The position numbers and the translations under genes were made by a program. DNA of 32,198 nt. Origin: Calditrichia bacterium (GTDB lineage: Bacteria > Calditrichota > Calditrichia > RBG-13-44-9). The stretch lies in the NCBI GenBank assembly GCA_037381445.1, contig JARRQT010000076.1:1-32198 (forward strand), in the 5' to 3' direction. Every line of letters starts with the position of its first letter. Position 1 is the stretch's first letter. This document shows positions 28,998 to 32,198 of the stretch, piece by piece. Below the pieces are notes generated by a model. The model was not told the origin of the DNA and did not search any database. It saw only the letters and a program-made list of their open reading frames with translations.

Positions 28998-29825
28998 TCA
29001 GAGCCGGAAGCGATCGCCCGGACGCAAAATATCCATCCGCAAATCCTGCGCGCCAATCAGCCGGCTTCCCGGTTTTGGGGGATATTTTGCCCGGGAAGGA
29101 TCAATGACGATGACAACGCTGTTTCCCAGCACTTCGACATTGCCCCCGGGTTTGACCCACAGCGCAGTGCTTTCATCAATACCGATACCCCTGATCTGAT
29201 TGTCTACGACCACTGTCAGCAAACGGTTCAGCCGCTGGCGTTTAAGGAAATGCTGATCAATAACAGCAGATTTTACGAAACCAAAGCCCTGACTGGTCAT
29301 CACGCTGTCTTTATCGGGAACCGTCCAGTTGCCGTCGCCGGTGATCATGATCTGGCTCATGATTGCTGCGCCCGCACTGGTTCCGGCCAGCACAGCACCT
29401 TCTTTATATTTTCGATGGAATAAATCCATGCAGCGGGTATGAAGGAATATCCGGGTCAGGCGGTTTTGATCGCCGCCGCCGAAATAGATGCCGCTGTAAC
29501 GGGAGAGCGCCTGAACGAGAGAGTCGGAATTGGCTTCCAGACTGTCGTGGATGTAAAACGCTTTTGTTTCGGAAGCGCCCAGAGCCAAAAATTCTTTTTC
29601 ATATTCCGGGCCGGATTCCTGATAATATTCACTGGCCATGGGAATGATGGCAATTCTGGCATCTTTGCCGCCCGCCAGCTCCATGAATTTTTCCATAACC
29701 GCTGTAGGCCGTTTACCGCCTCCGATAATGATCAGGTTCCCTTTAATGTCCCTGCCGGCATCGGAAGAACAGCCGAATCCCATTGCAAAAATCAAGGCAG
29801 AAATAATACCGATAATGTAACGCAT
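28998..29825 (-). CDS. cphB: Cyanophycinase (peptidase S51), probable lipoprotein
   Basis: LIIIGGG, IPMAS, YFGGGDQNRL, AGTSAGAAIMS (Ser nucleophile), IDQHFLKRQRLNRL, GIGIDEST; N-terminus ends in GFGC lipobox. Confidence 0.9.
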   Translation of the reverse strand: MRYIIGIISALIFAMGFGCSSDAGRDIKGNLIIIGGGKRPTAVMEKFMELAGGKDARIAIIPMASEYYQESGPEYEKEFLALGASETKAFYIHDSLEANSDSLVQALSRYSGIYFGGGDQNRLTRIFLHTRCMDLFHRKYKEGAVLAGTSAGAAIMSQIMITGDGNWTVPDKDSVMTSQGFGFVKSAVIDQHFLKRQRLNRLLTVVVDNQIRGIGIDESTALWVKPGGNVEVLGNSVVIVIDPSRAKYPPKPGSRLIGAQDLRMDILRPGDRFRL

Positions 29826-29880
29826 GAAGCAGGTCTCCTTTCCGGAAAGTGTGGCTGCCGATAGAAAAAGCGGAGAAATA

Positions 29881-30729
29881 TCAATAATAGTAACGCGGAT
29901 CGTTTACATATTTTTCGACCTTTTTTAAGCCTTCCATCACCTTGTTTTCTTCGGTGAGCGCAATCTCTGTTACCAGCGCATTCATCAGCACTGCAATTGC
30001 TCCCAGCGAATTGGTAAATAATATATTGTCTGTTTTGGCAATCAGAACATGCTCACAGTACTGCACAATGGGCGCGGTTTTTTTGTCCGTAAAACTGATG
30101 ACCGGAATGTCCAGGCTGTGCGCCAGCTGCGCCGATTCCACCGTCTGGCGGCTGTAGGGGGGGAAACTAAAGGCAATGACCAGGTCCTTTGGATTGAGCA
30201 GAATGATCTGCTCGGCAAAGGAGAGCGTATCATTATTGATTGAAGCAGCTTTTTTCATATACAGTTTTAAAAGATAGGCTAATATTTCGCCCATATATTT
30301 TGAAATACCCATTCCGACACAAAAAATGTTTTCGGCCTCCCTGATATGGGTTACCACATGCTTGAAATCTTCCAGCAGATTATGCTGCAGGCTTTTATCA
30401 ATGTTTTTCACCACCTGCTGGGCCACTTTGCTCAAACTGTCCTGATATTCCTCTCTTTTAGAAATGGTTGCCTTATATTTTTCTACCGGCGATAATTGTT
30501 CTTTCAAAAGCTCAACCAGATAATTGCGAAACTCCAGATAGCCGTTGAAGCCGAGCACCCTCGCAAACCGGACAACTGTCGCGCTGCTGACCCCCGCCTT
30601 TTCTGCCACGTCATTTACGGACAAAAGGGAGACGGTCTGCAGGTTTTCGAGGATGAAATTTGCCAGAACTCTTTGGTTTTTGGAATAGTTGGGCAGATTA
30701 TCAACAATGACCTGTTGGATATTTTCCAT
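29881..30729 (-). CDS. MurR/RpiR family transcriptional regulator (HTH + SIS)
   Basis: SKNQRVLANFI...VAEKAGVSSATVVRFARVLGFNGYLEFR HTH; SIS domain GMGIS, DLVIAFSFPPYS, ISFTD; GGAGG RBS. Confidence 0.95.
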   Translation of the reverse strand: MENIQQVIVDNLPNYSKNQRVLANFILENLQTVSLLSVNDVAEKAGVSSATVVRFARVLGFNGYLEFRNYLVELLKEQLSPVEKYKATISKREEYQDSLSKVAQQVVKNIDKSLQHNLLEDFKHVVTHIREAENIFCVGMGISKYMGEILAYLLKLYMKKAASINNDTLSFAEQIILLNPKDLVIAFSFPPYSRQTVESAQLAHSLDIPVISFTDKKTAPIVQYCEHVLIAKTDNILFTNSLGAIAVLMNALVTEIALTEENKVMEGLKKVEKYVNDPRYYY

Positions 30730-30746
30730 TATAAAAATCCTCCGTA

Positions 30747-30818
30747 TGTTGCGTTTTCAAAATATATGAATCATTTTGAAACACAACAACCGGATAATGA
30801 AATAAATTTTTCATTATC
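30747..30818. promoter_or_regulatory. Two tandem inverted repeats upstream of the RpiR gene (candidate operators or hairpins)
   Basis: TTTCAAAAT-N9-ATTTTGAAA (30755-30781, flanked by TGTTG/CAACA) and perfect GATAATGAAA-N6-TTTCATTATC (30793-30818). Confidence 0.55.
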
Positions 30819-30827
30819 TCATTCATG

Positions 30828-32198
30828 TTAATATCCCGTCCAGTGAAACAAGACCGGCGGAATCAGCAAAAGCAAGGCGATGATAATAAAAGCAATCTCC
30901 AGCGGCAGCAGCCATTTGAACCATTTCTCAAATGGCACTTTGGCCATGGCCAGGGTACCTACCGTTACGCCGGAAGTGGGTATTATCATATTGGTGAAAC
31001 CATCCCCAAACTGATATGCCAGCACTGCAGTTTGCCGGGTAATGCCGCTGAGATCGGCAAGGGGCGCAAACAGCGGCATGGTGAGCGCGGCTTTAGTGGT
31101 GCCCGAGGGGATGAAGAAATTAAGTCCCATCTGCACGATATACATCATATAGGAGGACAGTAATGGCCGTGACTCCCCGGTCAGGTTTGACATGCTGTGC
31201 AGAATGGTGTCCATGATGTTGCCATCTTCGAGGATCACGATGATAGCGGCCGCAAAACCAACGATGAGCGCGGCTCCCGCAATATCGCGGGCCCCTTCCA
31301 TGAATCCTTCGGCAATCTCATTGGCGCTCAATTTTCCCAGGAAGCCCCCGACAATTCCCATTGCCAGGAACAGAGCGGCTAATTCTGTGATGTACCATTC
31401 CATTTCGATTACGCCGTAGAATAAGATGAAAATTCCAAACAGGAGCGTTAACAGAACGCCTGCATGCGATTTGTTGAAACTCCCGAGTTCCTGGTTGTCC
31501 AGGTGTAACTGGTGCCGGCGCTCGTTGTCCGATTCATAGGTTGGGCTCAGTTCCGGACGTTTTTTGATTTTTTCGGCATATCTGATAGTCCAGAATATGG
31601 TAAATCCGGTAACAAATAGCCAAATCAGTGCCCGGTATTCCCAACCGGAAACGGGCGGGATTTCCGCAAATTTTTGGGCGATCTGAACGGTAAAAGGATT
31701 GAAGAAAGCACCCGCAAAACCTATTCCGGCTGCCAAAAAGGAAAAGCAGAGACCGGTAATGGAATCATACCCTAGGGCCAGGGCAAGGGGAACGAAGATG
31801 AGAACGAACGGCATGGCTTCCTCGCACATGCCAAAAAACGCGCCGAAAAATGAAAACAGGGTCATGACGATGACGATGATCCATTTCTCATGGCCTTTCA
31901 TGAGGCGCACGATCTCGTTAATCGCAGCATTGATGGCGCCGGTTTTTTGAAAAATAAAGAAGGCACCCCCTACCAGAAAAATAAAACCGATGATGTCTGC
32001 CATCCGGATAATGCCTTTCAGGGGAGCTTCGAAGACGGCAAAAAACTGGGGATTGTTTTCCTGGTATTGAAATGAATCCTTCACCAGAATCTGACGACTT
32101 GTCCCGCCTTCCTGGACGGTTTTCCTTTGATATTCTCCGCCCGGCACAAACCAGGTGGCAATGGCGGCCAGGATGATGATTGAATAGACGATAACAAA
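30828..32198 (-). CDS. yfcC: YfcC/DcuC-like transporter (basic amino acid/dipeptide antiporter family); 5' end beyond window
   Basis: Frame is open to the window edge (FVIVYSIIILAAIATWFVPGGEYQR); GMCEEA, LGYDSITG, NPFTVQIAQ, NFFIPSGT, AYQFGDGFTNMIIPTSG. Confidence 0.9.
   Translation of the reverse strand, partial: FVIVYSIIILAAIATWFVPGGEYQRKTVQEGGTSRQILVKDSFQYQENNPQFFAVFEAPLKGIIRMADIIGFIFLVGGAFFIFQKTGAINAAINEIVRLMKGHEKWIIVIVMTLFSFFGAFFGMCEEAMPFVLIFVPLALALGYDSITGLCFSFLAAGIGFAGAFFNPFTVQIAQKFAEIPPVSGWEYRALIWLFVTGFTIFWTIRYAEKIKKRPELSPTYESDNERRHQLHLDNQELGSFNKSHAGVLLTLLFGIFILFYGVIEMEWYITELAALFLAMGIVGGFLGKLSANEIAEGFMEGARDIAGAALIVGFAAAIIVILEDGNIMDTILHSMSNLTGESRPLLSSYMMYIVQMGLNFFIPSGTTKAALTMPLFAPLADLSGITRQTAVLAYQFGDGFTNMIIPTSGVTVGTLAMAKVPFEKWFKWLLPLEIAFIIIALLLLIPPVLFHWTGY

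Noticed and set aside
1..32198. CRISPR arrays, IS elements, prophage genes, tRNA/rRNA
   Set aside because: No regularly spaced repeats, transposase/integrase motifs or structural RNA signatures seen.

Overview
Gene-dense bacterial chromosomal segment with about 23 protein-coding genes. I recognised no rRNA, tRNA, CRISPR array, integrase or transposase. A Por/T9SS C-terminal sorting tail (NYPNPFNP...SGIYFY) and an Omp85-fused patatin indicate a diderm, probably FCB-related or Calditrichota-like (inference). From left to right: patatin-POTRA-Omp85 phospholipase (runs off the left edge and is missing from the ORF track); PLD-family phospholipase broken by one in-frame TAA just after its signal peptide; 1184-aa GH13 protein; membrane-fused spermidine-synthase-like protein; PfkB kinase; T9SS cargo protein; Cys/His-finger pentapeptide-repeat protein; PepF; 2-hydroxyacid dehydrogenase, DJ-1/PfpI (Cys->Ser) and LOG; phosphodiester glycosidase; yhbY and an EamA transporter; MBL hydrolase; S9 peptidase; ion-transporter-superfamily antiporter; TatD; an exported M16B peptidase pair; and a YfcC transporter, RpiR regulator and lipoprotein cyanophycinase cluster (runs off the right edge). 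The best candidate for a little-described system is this last cluster, a possible cyanophycin/isoaspartyl-dipeptide scavenging module with two tandem palindromes before the regulator. The rest looks like housekeeping and peptide-scavenging genes, and I see no convincing novel defence or mobile system.
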